From a virus (lineage: Duplodnaviria; Caudoviricetes): a DNA stretch of 27,810 nucleotides. The notes under the pieces were generated by a model that did no database searches, was not told where the DNA came from, and saw only the letters and a list, made by a program, of their open reading frames with translations. Location of the stretch: IMG/VR virus record IMGVR_UViG_3300017700_000395, positions 1 through 27,810 of that record; one strand, 5' to 3'. Position numbers and translations under genes: made by a program. This document shows positions 1 through 8,609 of the stretch, one piece after another (position 1 is the first letter of the stretch; every line of letters begins with the position of its first letter).

Positions 1-120
1 AGCCTCCTGTGCAAAGAGGGGGCTGATCGGGCCGAATATCTAACCAATGGGCTGTTTTGGCCTATCCTGTACCCGGCGGCAATCTTGATGGATTGGATGG
101 AGCGCAGGCGTCATGACTAG
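1..120 (+). CDS. 3' end of a hypothetical protein truncated by the window edge
   Basis: Frame 1 is open from base 1 to TAG at 118-120 (...GLFWPILYPAAILMDWMERRRHD*) and overlaps the next ATG at 113. Confidence 0.5.
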   Translation, partial: SLLCKEGADRAEYLTNGLFWPILYPAAILMDWMERRRHD

Positions 121-193
121 AACAGGTATCGACGCTGACTCGGTGGGTACGGAGCGAAGCGAAGTGAACCAAAACAATCAGGTAATCCCATGA
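113..193 (+). CDS. 26-aa micro-ORF (MTRTGIDADSVGTERSEVNQNNQVIP) spanning a hairpin element
   Basis: GGAG at 99-102; ATG 113 overlaps the upstream ORF end; TGA 191-193 forms an ATGA overlap with the ATG at 190. Confidence 0.45.
   Translation: MTRTGIDADSVGTERSEVNQNNQVIP
138..170 (+). repeat. Conserved hairpin element, copy 1 (ACTCGGTGGGTACGGAGCGAAGCGAAGTGAACC)
   Basis: Aligns closely with the minus-strand copy at 27193-27223; GCGAAGC mini-hairpin flanked by G.A mismatches and an outer GGT/ACC stem. Confidence 0.75.
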
Positions 194-462
194 CTACGAT
201 GCTGGAGAAGGCCGCGCTCGCAATCTGCAACCAGATCAGAGATTCGCACGACCTAGAACCGATCAAAACGCTAGACTTGGTAGAAAACCCTAACGTATTC
301 AGACGACAAGCACGCGCTGCCCTTCAAGCTATGAGGGATGTCGATCAGGAAACATTCAACGCGGGATGGGACGCCATGAATGGCGAGCCTGACGCTGGCC
401 CCGGCGAGCCCTGGCTGGCCATGATCGACGCCATTCTCTCTGAGAGAAGCCTGACGGCTTGA
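190..462 (+). CDS. Hypothetical phage protein, 90 aa
   Basis: Coupled ORF immediately upstream of TerS; no recognised catalytic motif. Confidence 0.75.
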   Translation: MTTMLEKAALAICNQIRDSHDLEPIKTLDLVENPNVFRRQARAALQAMRDVDQETFNAGWDAMNGEPDAGPGEPWLAMIDAILSERSLTA

Positions 463-546
463 CCACTCTCGACAGCTAAGGCACTATCACCACGCTCTAA
501 GCCCGAGCCAAGGCAATAAGGCTAGACGCAAACCACGGAGACGCAG

Positions 547-993
547 ATGGCCGGTCTAGGCCGACCTTCTGACTACACGCAAGAGATTGCGGACGAGATT
601 TGCACAAGGCTCGCTAACGGGGAATCGTTGCGGGCTATTTGTGCTTCTGATCGTGATGATTGGATGCCGTCCATCGGCACAATCTTGCGGTGGGTTAGCG
701 AGAAGCCTGAGTTTCGGGAACAATACGCGAGAGCAAGAGAAGTTCAGGCCGAGACGCACGCTGATGAAATCGTAACCATCGCTGACGGCGTTTCGTGTGC
801 CGACCCTAGCGCGATTGACGTTGCGCGTGACCGGCTGCGGATTGACGCCCGTAAATGGGTGGCGTCCAAACTCTTGCCCAAGAAGTACGGCGACAAACAG
901 ACCACCGTGCTAGAGGATGCGAACGGCAACAACCCATTCATGGCGCTGATGGAGGCGGTGAGCAACAATGGCCGTCCCCGCCCAAGTTCTTGA
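547..993 (+). CDS. terS: Terminase small subunit (Sf6 gp1-like)
   Basis: GRPSDY...EICTRLANGESLRAIC...MPS...LRW...QYARARE...RLRIDARKW.ASKLLPKKYGDK pattern; GGAG RBS; overlaps TerL. Confidence 0.92.
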   Translation: MAGLGRPSDYTQEIADEICTRLANGESLRAICASDRDDWMPSIGTILRWVSEKPEFREQYARAREVQAETHADEIVTIADGVSCADPSAIDVARDRLRIDARKWVASKLLPKKYGDKQTTVLEDANGNNPFMALMEAVSNNGRPRPSS

Positions 994-2515
994 CTGCTTC
1001 ACCGACCAGCGCTGGCGTCTGAACAACCTCTACTGGATCACGGACAAAGAGGGTAAGCGCGTCAAGTTCCAGATGAACTGGGCTCAGGCCGAGTTGCTGG
1101 ATGAGTTGCACTACCTCAACATCATCCTGAAGGCCCGGCAGCTCGGGTTCACGACGTTCATCCAGATTTATATGCTGGATATGGCCGTGTTCTACCCGGA
1201 CACGCGGTGCGGGGTGATTGCGCACACGCTGGATGATGCGACGGTCATCTTTCGGGACAAGATCAAGTTCCCGTATGACAACCTGCCCGACCAGATCAAG
1301 GCGGCGAACCCGATCAGGAAGAACAACACCACCGAGCTTGAGTTGGCGAACAACAGCGTGATTCGCGTCGGCACGTCGCTACGGTCTGGCACGCTTCAGT
1401 TCTTGCACATCTCCGAGTTCGGCAAGATTTGCGCCAAGATGCCCCACAAGGCGCGAGAGATCGTCACTGGCGCGCTCAACACGCTACAGGCCGGGCAGAT
1501 CGCTTTCATTGAAAGCACGGCTGAGGGGCAGGAGGGCAAGTTCTACGACATGTGTCAGGCGGCTCAAGCCCGTAAGCGGCAAGGCGTGACAGACACTGAG
1601 CTAGACTGGCGCTTTCATTTCTATTCGTGGTGGCGTGAGCCTGCGTATGAGATGGACCCGTCTGACGTGGTCATTACCGCGCCCATGCGCATCTATTTCG
1701 ACAAGCTGAGGGACCAAGGTGTCGCGCTCAATCCTCGCAAAGAGGCATGGTACGCGAAGAAGGCCGAGATTCAGGGTGCTGATATGAAGCGCGAGTATCC
1801 GTCCACGCCTGAAGAGGCATTCGAGGCCAGTGTCGAGGGTGCGTATTACGCCGAGCAAATGGCCAAGGCTGACAGTGAACAGCGCATAGGCTCGTTCAAG
1901 GCGGTCGAGGGCTACCCGGTCAACGCGGTGCACGACATCGGCGTGGGTGATAGACACGCTATCTGGTTCTTCCAGATATTGCCGGGGCAGGTTAGGCACG
2001 TTGGCTTCTGGTCCTGCACGGGTGAGGGGATGCCGTACATCGTCAAGTTCATGCGTGAGAAGTTCGAGGCGATGGGCTGGGTTATGGGCCGCAACTTCAT
2101 GCCTCATGACGTGCGGGTGAAGGAGTGGGGAACCGGCCTTACCCGCATTGAGCAGTTCACCGGCGAGTTCAAGAACACAAAGATGGTCCCGCTATCCAGC
2201 GTAGAGGATGGAATCAATGCGGTGCGCGAGTTGCTGGCAATCAGCGTGTTCGATGAGGAAGAGTGCGCGGAGGGTATCAAGTGCCTGCGTAACTACCGCA
2301 AGGAATGGGATGAGGACCGGGGTGTGTGGAAGGACAAGCCGCTGCATGATTGGGCCTCTCACGGGGCTGATGCGGAGCGGTATCTAGCTATGAGCTATAA
2401 GGAACTGCCGGTCGAGATTGTGAAGCCTGCCGAGCCGATCAAAGGCGTTCAAGACATGACATGGGATGATCTGCTGGCTAATCAGCCGGTCCATGTGGGA
2501 TATGAGAGGGCATAG
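968..2515 (+). CDS. terL: Terminase large subunit
   Basis: Walker A-like LKARQLGFTT, Walker B LHISE, coupling motif ESTAEG, nuclease motifs HDIGVGD and HDWASHGADAERY; GGAGG RBS. Confidence 0.95.
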   Translation: MAVPAQVLDCFTDQRWRLNNLYWITDKEGKRVKFQMNWAQAELLDELHYLNIILKARQLGFTTFIQIYMLDMAVFYPDTRCGVIAHTLDDATVIFRDKIKFPYDNLPDQIKAANPIRKNNTTELELANNSVIRVGTSLRSGTLQFLHISEFGKICAKMPHKAREIVTGALNTLQAGQIAFIESTAEGQEGKFYDMCQAAQARKRQGVTDTELDWRFHFYSWWREPAYEMDPSDVVITAPMRIYFDKLRDQGVALNPRKEAWYAKKAEIQGADMKREYPSTPEEAFEASVEGAYYAEQMAKADSEQRIGSFKAVEGYPVNAVHDIGVGDRHAIWFFQILPGQVRHVGFWSCTGEGMPYIVKFMREKFEAMGWVMGRNFMPHDVRVKEWGTGLTRIEQFTGEFKNTKMVPLSSVEDGINAVRELLAISVFDEEECAEGIKCLRNYRKEWDEDRGVWKDKPLHDWASHGADAERYLAMSYKELPVEIVKPAEPIKGVQDMTWDDLLANQPVHVGYERA

Positions 2516-2575
2516 ACGTTCCCTCGACAAGCCGTCTCGCGCAAGTTATTGTCCCGCTAACGCTTGCGAGGGGCC

Positions 2576-2788
2576 ATGACCACAGAGCAATTTGCCTATT
2601 GGCTGCAAGGCTTCTCCGAACTGACCGGGGGAACGCCTCCGACTGCGGAGCAATGGCAGTCGATTCAGGACCATTTGAAGACGGTATTCGTCAAGGTGAC
2701 GCCTCCGCTGACGGCAGGGGCGGGCCTGTATGACCTGTATAGGCACCGTGATACGCAGACGATCCCGATCACGCAGACGATTTGCTAA
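2576..2788 (+). CDS. Small hypothetical phage protein (FAYWLQGF...IQDHL..VF.KVTP)
   Basis: GAGGGG just before ATG 2576 (ORF track starts at TTG 2564); lies between terL and portal. Confidence 0.75.
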   Translation: MTTEQFAYWLQGFSELTGGTPPTAEQWQSIQDHLKTVFVKVTPPLTAGAGLYDLYRHRDTQTIPITQTIC

Positions 2789-2791
2789 CCC

Positions 2792-4897
2792 ATGGCCGTT
2801 GAACTGACCACCGAACCCGATAATCAAGAGGCTGTAAACCTCGTCACCAAATGGATTGACGAGATTAACTTGGCCGAGCGTGAGTTGCAGCCGTGGTGGA
2901 AGGCTGGCGACGTTATCGTGCGCCGATACAAGAATGAGAACCGCAACCGTGATGGCGGGCGACTGAGCGTCAATGCCAATCGTCGGCGCTTTGCCGTGCT
3001 GTGGTCCAATGTGCAGACGCTACAGCCTGCCATCTACGCCAAGCAGCCTAAGCCGATGGTTGATCGCCGCTATCGGGATGAAGACCCGGTAGGCAAGGTG
3101 GCCTCGGACGTACTTGAGCGGGCCTTGGGCTTCAGCCTCGATCAGTACGACTTCGATGGGCGCTTGAAGCTATGCGTGCTGGACTATCTGCTGCCGGGCC
3201 GTGGTCAGGTGTGGGTCCGCTACATTCCGCACATGAAGACGCTCAACGCCGAGCAAGACCCGGAGCTTGGCGAGGGTGAGCAAGACGCGGACGACACCGA
3301 GACGGGCGAGATTGAAGGCCCCGGAGAGACCGAGGAAGTCGTTTACGAAGAGGTCCAGTGTGACCACGTCGCTTGGAAGGACTTCCTGACCAACCCGTCC
3401 CGAGAGTGGGCTGAGGTCCGTTGGGTGGCTCGCCGCGTCTACATGACGAAGGAAGAGCTTACGGCGCGGTTCGGCAAGGAGAAGGCCAAGCTGGTTCCGA
3501 TCACGTCAACCTCGACTGGCCTGCTGACCGGGGCTGATGCTGCACCTGATGCACAGCGCCAAGCCAATCAGACGGGCGAGGTCTATGAGATTTGGGACAA
3601 GCCGAGCAAGCGGGCGTTCTGGGTCTGCAAGGGCGTTACGAGCGGCGTTCTGGATGAGCGTGAAGACCCGCTTAACCTGCGTGAGTTCTTCCCTTGCCCT
3701 AGCCCGCTGAACGCCACGACGGCCAATGACAGCACTATTCCGGTGGCGGATTACGTGATGTATCAGGACCAAGCCGAGGAACTGGACGACCTGACGGGCC
3801 GGATTGGCAAACTACAAGAAGCCCTGCGGATGGTGGGTGTCTATGCGGGCGAGGCCAACCGTGAGCTTCAACTGGTGTTCTCGCCGGGCAATGAGAACAA
3901 GCTCATCCCAATCGACACGTTCGATCTCTGGAAAGAGAAGGGCGGGGTTAAGGGCCTGATCGAGTGGGTTCCGGTCGATATGGTCATTCAGGTGCTCAAG
4001 GGGTGCTTTGAGACCCGCGCGCAAATCCTGAATGACATCTACCAGATCACCGGCCTGTCAGACATCATCCGGGGTGAGAGCAACCCGAACGAAACAGCGA
4101 CGGCGCAGCGGCTGAAGGGCCAATGGGGTAGCTTGCGGGTTCGTGACCGTCAGCGGGAGTTGCAGCGGTTCGCCCGTGACGCCATCCGCTTGAAGGCTGA
4201 AATCATCGCCGAGCAATTCAGCATTGAGACGCTGAAGGTGATGACGAACGTCAAACTGCTGACGCAAGCCGAGAAGCAGCAGATCGAGCAAATCATGCCG
4301 ATGATCGAGCAGGCCAAGGCGCAACAGTTGCCTATCCCGCCGGGCATTGAGCCGCCGCCTGAAATGCTTGAACTGATGAGCCAGCCGACGTGGGAGGAAG
4401 TCCAAGGCTTGCTCAAGAACGATGCGCTGCGTTCGTTCCGCATTGATGTTGAGACGGATAGCACGGTCGAGCCTGACGAGAACGCGGCGAAGGCGGCATT
4501 TACGGAGTTCACGGGCGCTGTGGTGGGTCTGATGACGGCTGCGGCTGGTATCGTCCCGACCGCGCCTTACACGGCCCCGCTCTTCGCTGAAATCCTCAAG
4601 CAAGGCGCTCGCACGTTCAACGTCTCTCGCCAGATGGAAGACGTGATCGACAAGGTGTTTGAGACTGCCGAGGCGCAACCGCCCGCACAGCCTCCGGGTC
4701 CGCCACCGCCTGACGAGACCGCCGTTCAGGTTGAGCAGATGAAGTCTCAAACGGCACAGATGCAGGCTCAAATCGAGCAACAGAGGACGCAAATGGAAGG
4801 CCAGCTTGGCGCGGCTGAGCTTCAACTCAAGGGGCAGGAGTTGCAAGTGAAGGCTGCCGCGCTTGCCCGTGACCCGACGCCTCAAGGGAGCGCGTAA
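2792..4897 (+). CDS. Portal protein, podovirus type with long Q-rich C-terminal helix
   Basis: 701 aa, follows TerL; VYEIWDK, ITGLSDIIRG...ETATAQ and FRIDVETDST segments; Q-rich C-terminal coil resembling the P22 portal barrel. Confidence 0.9.
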   Translation: MAVELTTEPDNQEAVNLVTKWIDEINLAERELQPWWKAGDVIVRRYKNENRNRDGGRLSVNANRRRFAVLWSNVQTLQPAIYAKQPKPMVDRRYRDEDPVGKVASDVLERALGFSLDQYDFDGRLKLCVLDYLLPGRGQVWVRYIPHMKTLNAEQDPELGEGEQDADDTETGEIEGPGETEEVVYEEVQCDHVAWKDFLTNPSREWAEVRWVARRVYMTKEELTARFGKEKAKLVPITSTSTGLLTGADAAPDAQRQANQTGEVYEIWDKPSKRAFWVCKGVTSGVLDEREDPLNLREFFPCPSPLNATTANDSTIPVADYVMYQDQAEELDDLTGRIGKLQEALRMVGVYAGEANRELQLVFSPGNENKLIPIDTFDLWKEKGGVKGLIEWVPVDMVIQVLKGCFETRAQILNDIYQITGLSDIIRGESNPNETATAQRLKGQWGSLRVRDRQRELQRFARDAIRLKAEIIAEQFSIETLKVMTNVKLLTQAEKQQIEQIMPMIEQAKAQQLPIPPGIEPPPEMLELMSQPTWEEVQGLLKNDALRSFRIDVETDSTVEPDENAAKAAFTEFTGAVVGLMTAAAGIVPTAPYTAPLFAEILKQGARTFNVSRQMEDVIDKVFETAEAQPPAQPPGPPPPDETAVQVEQMKSQTAQMQAQIEQQRTQMEGQLGAAELQLKGQELQVKAAALARDPTPQGSA

Positions 4898-5166
4898 TGC
4901 CTACGCTGGAAAAGACGCAACAGGGCAAGCGGCAGGCCAGCGCGTATGACCTGAGCCTGTTCCCCACGGCGTCGAACTACAATGAAGACCTGTTGCGTCT
5001 GTTCGATGCGGAGGGCGTTCCGGCTGGAACGTTCAATGAGCGGCAACTGCGGTTCATTAACGCCCGCCTGACTGCCAACTACACCAATCTCACCGAGGCC
5101 ATGCAGGCGTTCGCGGACAGCAAGAGCTTTTACAACTGGTCCAGCTTGGGAACGCTCGATACATGA
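4897..5166 (+). CDS. Hypothetical protein, 89 aa, head module
   Basis: TAATG coupling to the portal, GGGAG RBS, ATGA overlap with the next gene. Confidence 0.75.
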   Translation: MPTLEKTQQGKRQASAYDLSLFPTASNYNEDLLRLFDAEGVPAGTFNERQLRFINARLTANYTNLTEAMQAFADSKSFYNWSSLGTLDT

Positions 5167-5492
5167 GCCGCGCCACCTATCGCATCTGTCGCTCTTGCGG
5201 AGATATGCATGAGGTCTCCGAATGGCCGCGTGATTGCCTAGAGCAGTTCCGCAAGGCCCGATCTGATCTGCCTATGCCCGCGATCAGGGCGGACGGTATG
5301 TCCCCGATCATGAATCACGCGAACGGCCTGATCTATGACAGCCGGTCAGCTTACGAGCGCGGCGTCAAGGATGCGGGCTGCGAGATTGTCGGCAATGAGA
5401 AGCTGACCCCCAAGCCACGGCCAACGCTGTCGGACCGTGAGCTTAAGCAAGACATCAAGACGGCTATAGAGCAGGTGGAGGCCAGACTATGA
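5163..5492 (+). CDS. Hypothetical head-module protein with possible Zn-binding N-terminus (CxxC..H...C)
   Basis: CRSCGDMH...WPRDC; coupled at both ends; between portal and scaffold. Confidence 0.8.
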   Translation: MSRATYRICRSCGDMHEVSEWPRDCLEQFRKARSDLPMPAIRADGMSPIMNHANGLIYDSRSAYERGVKDAGCEIVGNEKLTPKPRPTLSDRELKQDIKTAIEQVEARL

Positions 5493-6526
5493 GCGACATG
5501 GAAGACGACATTCGGGCGGCAATGGCTGAGGTGAGCGGCAATGCGCCAGAGCCGGACCCGACCCCGGTTGAGGAAGTGGTGGTTGCGGACGATGCGGTCA
5601 TTACCGAGGCCGAAACGACCCAAGATGACACCGAGAAGGCTGCGGACGGGCGCGAGCGCGGCCCTGACGGCAAGTTTATTGCCAAGCAGCCGGAAACGGT
5701 GCAAGATACTACCGACCAGCCCTCGGAGGCAGTCGCGGACCCTGCTGTAAAGCTCGCCATCCGCGCCCCGGCTTCATGGTCACCTGCGGCTAAGGCCACG
5801 TTCGATAAGCTTCCTCCCGAAGTGCAACAGGCCGTTGCAAAGCGAGAGCAAGAAATCGACCACGGACTGCGGCGCAAGTCAGAGGAAGTGAAGCGGTACG
5901 AACCGCTGGAACAACTCATTGCCCCGCGCCGTGCTCTTTGGGCGGCTCAGGGGATGGATGAGGCTTCGGCAATCAAGACGCTGCTTGCGGCTCAGGATTT
6001 GTTGGAGCGTGACCCTAAGCAGGGTCTTGAGTTTCTAGCCCGTTCGTATGGCGTCAACATCGCGAATCTTTCGGCCCAGCCGCAGGGACAGCCTCAATCG
6101 GCCCAGCCCGCACCGGACAGCCATCCCGAGATTGCCAACCTGAAGCAACAGCTTCTTGAACTGCAAAGCCAAGTCCAGACGGCGCAGACCGCGCCTATCG
6201 TAAGCCAAGTCGAGGCCTTCTTCGCTGACCCCGCGAACCTGTATGCCGAGAATGTCCGCCCTGATATGGCGGTTCTTCTTCGGGAAGGCAGGGCAAAGGA
6301 TTTGCCGGAAGCCTACGAGATGGCTTGTTGGATGAGGCCGGATATTCGTCCGTTCCTGCAAACGACGCAGGTGCAGGCGGCTCCGGTGCAGGACAAGGCG
6401 GCGCAAGCGAGACGGGCGGCTGTCAGCGTCACCGGGTCACCGGGAAAACCCCCGATTCCCAAATCCAACGGCACCATTGAGGACGATATTCGCGCGGCTT
6501 TTGAGGAAGTCGCCGGTACGGCCTAG
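5489..6526 (+). CDS. Capsid scaffolding protein
   Basis: Acidic low-complexity N-terminus, RGPDGKF, APASW...F.KLPPEVQ, coiled-coil segments, L.EAYEMACW.RP; directly before the major capsid gene. Confidence 0.85.
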   Translation: MSDMEDDIRAAMAEVSGNAPEPDPTPVEEVVVADDAVITEAETTQDDTEKAADGRERGPDGKFIAKQPETVQDTTDQPSEAVADPAVKLAIRAPASWSPAAKATFDKLPPEVQQAVAKREQEIDHGLRRKSEEVKRYEPLEQLIAPRRALWAAQGMDEASAIKTLLAAQDLLERDPKQGLEFLARSYGVNIANLSAQPQGQPQSAQPAPDSHPEIANLKQQLLELQSQVQTAQTAPIVSQVEAFFADPANLYAENVRPDMAVLLREGRAKDLPEAYEMACWMRPDIRPFLQTTQVQAAPVQDKAAQARRAAVSVTGSPGKPPIPKSNGTIEDDIRAAFEEVAGTA

Positions 6527-6537
6527 GAGAAGATTAG

Positions 6538-7509
6538 ATGGCATCCCCGAATGTCTCGGAAATCGCCACCACTACCCTGCGCAATCGCACGGGCAAGCTG
6601 GCGGACAACGTCACCAACAACAACGCGATTCTGTCGCGCATGAACCGTCGCGGTACGATCAAGCCGGTCTCCGGCGGTCGCACCATCCTGCAAGAGCTTG
6701 AGTACGCCGAGAACGTCACTTACCAGCGTTACTCGGGCTACGAAGTCCTGAACATCTCGCCTAGCGACGTGTTTACGGCTGCTGAGTTCGACTGGAAGCA
6801 AATCGCCGTCAACGTGACCATGAGCGGTCTGGAGCAACTGCAAAACTCCGGCGTTGACGCTATCATCGACCTGCTGGCCTCGCGCATCAAGAACGCCGAG
6901 AAAACCATGCAGAACGGTGTGGCTGAAGACCTGTACTCGAATGGTACGGCCTCGGGCGGCAAGCAGATCGGTGGCCTTCAACTTCTCGTCGCTGATGACC
7001 CGACCACCGGCACTGTTGGCGGCATCAACCGTGCAACTTGGTCGTTCTGGCAAAACCAGAAGTTCTCGGCCACGACTGACGGCGGTTCGGCGGCTTCGGC
7101 TGCCAACATCGTCCGGTTCATGAACACCCTGTATCGCCAGTGCTCGCGCGGTACGGACAAGCCTGACCTTATCCTGTGCGATGACAACTACTTCGGCTTC
7201 TACGAGTCGGCGCTTCAGGACATTCAGCGCGTCACCAACCCCAACGAAGCGGATGCGGGCTATGTCTCGCTGAAGTACAAGGGGACGGACGTGGTGTTCG
7301 ACGGTGGTTACGGCGGGGCTTGCCCGGCCAACCACATGTATATGCTGAACACCGGCTACATCCACTGGCGTCCTCACAAGGACCGCAACATGGTCCCGCT
7401 GGAAGAAGTCCGTTCGATCAACCAAGACGCCATGGTGAAGCCGATCGTCTGGGCGGGGAATCTCACCCTCTCGAACGCGTTCCTCCAAGGCGTTCTGTTC
7501 CAAACCTAG
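6538..7509 (+). CDS. Major capsid protein (HK97 fold expected)
   Basis: 323 aa after the scaffold, AGGAGA RBS, strongly C/G-ending codons, followed by a small gene and a terminator. Confidence 0.9.
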   Translation: MASPNVSEIATTTLRNRTGKLADNVTNNNAILSRMNRRGTIKPVSGGRTILQELEYAENVTYQRYSGYEVLNISPSDVFTAAEFDWKQIAVNVTMSGLEQLQNSGVDAIIDLLASRIKNAEKTMQNGVAEDLYSNGTASGGKQIGGLQLLVADDPTTGTVGGINRATWSFWQNQKFSATTDGGSAASAANIVRFMNTLYRQCSRGTDKPDLILCDDNYFGFYESALQDIQRVTNPNEADAGYVSLKYKGTDVVFDGGYGGACPANHMYMLNTGYIHWRPHKDRNMVPLEEVRSINQDAMVKPIVWAGNLTLSNAFLQGVLFQT

Positions 7510-7532
7510 AAGCCAGATAAAGGAGAAATCTC

Positions 7533-7820
7533 ATGGCGACTTCTGCGACGACCATTTTTTCGGTCACTCCGCTGGCTGGTGTTGATCTGGGTGCGAAAAG
7601 CTCGACCCCGGCATTTGCCCCGCTTACCCTGCTGAATGGCAACAACGGGCGCGAACACATCTACGTTCGCGCTTCGGAAGCTCTCGGCTCGACCGCAACC
7701 ATCAAGGTTGGCGCTGCTGGCTCGGCTTCGTCCGACTCCGGCTCCGCTGGCTGGTCGCTTGCTATTGGTGGCGGTCTGACCGCTGGCCAATACGCGTGGA
7801 GCCAGCGCACCGCGATCTAA
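7533..7820 (+). CDS. Probable capsid decoration/cement protein, Ser/Thr/Ala/Gly-rich
   Basis: AAGGAG RBS; lies between MCP and the terminator; G.EHIYVRA and GQYAW segments resemble small phage cement proteins (inference). Confidence 0.7.
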   Translation: MATSATTIFSVTPLAGVDLGAKSSTPAFAPLTLLNGNNGREHIYVRASEALGSTATIKVGAAGSASSDSGSAGWSLAIGGGLTAGQYAWSQRTAI

Positions 7821-7855
7821 GACTGACTGGCGCGCCTCCACGCGTCGGAATGATG

Positions 7856-7893
7856 GAAGGCCCCGTTGGCTCACGCTGGCGGGGCTTTCTATT
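7856..7893 (+). terminator. Probable intrinsic terminator after the capsid and decoration genes
   Basis: GAAGGCCCCGTTGGC-TCAC-GCTGGCGGGGCTTTC stem-loop with G.U pairs, ending in TTTCTATT. Confidence 0.75.
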
Positions 7894-7921
7894 GCGCTAA
7901 ACGTGTAGTAGGTTTGTTGCC

Positions 7922-8425
7922 ATGAAGATTGACCTAAAGCCTTTTGGCGCTGGCCTTCAAACGCAAGTCAGCGTTTTGGATGCGGATTTGGCCTGCTACC
8001 CATGGCGGACAAACCAGCCAGCCAGAAACAATAGCCCGTATGTCGTCCGGTATTGGCGGATAGGCGGCGGCAAAAAGGCGTGGGAGTACCTTCACCGCGC
8101 CGTTGCATTGCGGATGGGGTTAGACCTTTCGAGCGGCGTAGTGGACCACATCAACGGCGATACGCTGGACAACCGCCGTGAAAACATACGGATTGCGACG
8201 CGGGGCGAAAGCGTCCGAAACCAATCCGGCGTGTCTAAAGCCAATAAATCTGGCGTTCCGGGTGTTCGATGGGAAGCGAACCGATGGGAGGCTCAAATCG
8301 GGTTTGAGGGAAAATGGATACGGCTGGGCCGTTTCAAAACCAAAGAGGAAGCTGTGGAAGCGAGATTGAAAGCCGAAAAAGAGTTTTGGGGAATCCAGCC
8401 GCGAAGGGCTTGGCAACATGATTGA
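7922..8425 (+). CDS. HNH endonuclease with C-terminal AP2-like DNA-binding domain
   Basis: LHR...VDHINGDTLDNRRENIR (HNH); NKSGVPGV.W...WEAQI...LGRF.T.EEA..AR (AP2-like). Confidence 0.9.
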   Translation: MKIDLKPFGAGLQTQVSVLDADLACYPWRTNQPARNNSPYVVRYWRIGGGKKAWEYLHRAVALRMGLDLSSGVVDHINGDTLDNRRENIRIATRGESVRNQSGVSKANKSGVPGVRWEANRWEAQIGFEGKWIRLGRFKTKEEAVEARLKAEKEFWGIQPRRAWQHD

Positions 8426-8609
8426 CGTTGAAGAATGTGTGCGGCTCGCCTGCGCTAGACACCCGGTCCCTGACCATATTGCGGAAGCAGCGGTGAAAGC
8501 TGGCAAGGAAGCCTTGGCGGCTAATCCGGACAACGCGGCAGAGTTTGTGGACGCTTTGGTCGCTCAGTTCCGAAAGCATTACGGACTCGGCAAGGTGAAG
8601 CCCAAATGA
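8418..8609 (+). CDS. Hypothetical protein, 63 aa
   Basis: Overlaps the HNH stop and has an ATGA overlap with the glycosyltransferase start. Confidence 0.65.
   Translation: MIDVEECVRLACARHPVPDHIAEAAVKAGKEALAANPDNAAEFVDALVAQFRKHYGLGKVKPK

Noticed and set aside
3240-3340. Acidic low-complexity stretch in the portal
   Set aside because: Looks like an ordinary variable surface loop; no repeat structure or domain motif.
7490-7535. Possible frameshift or readthrough fusing MCP to the decoration protein
   Set aside because: No canonical slippery heptamer, and the downstream gene is in another frame with its own strong AAGGAG RBS.
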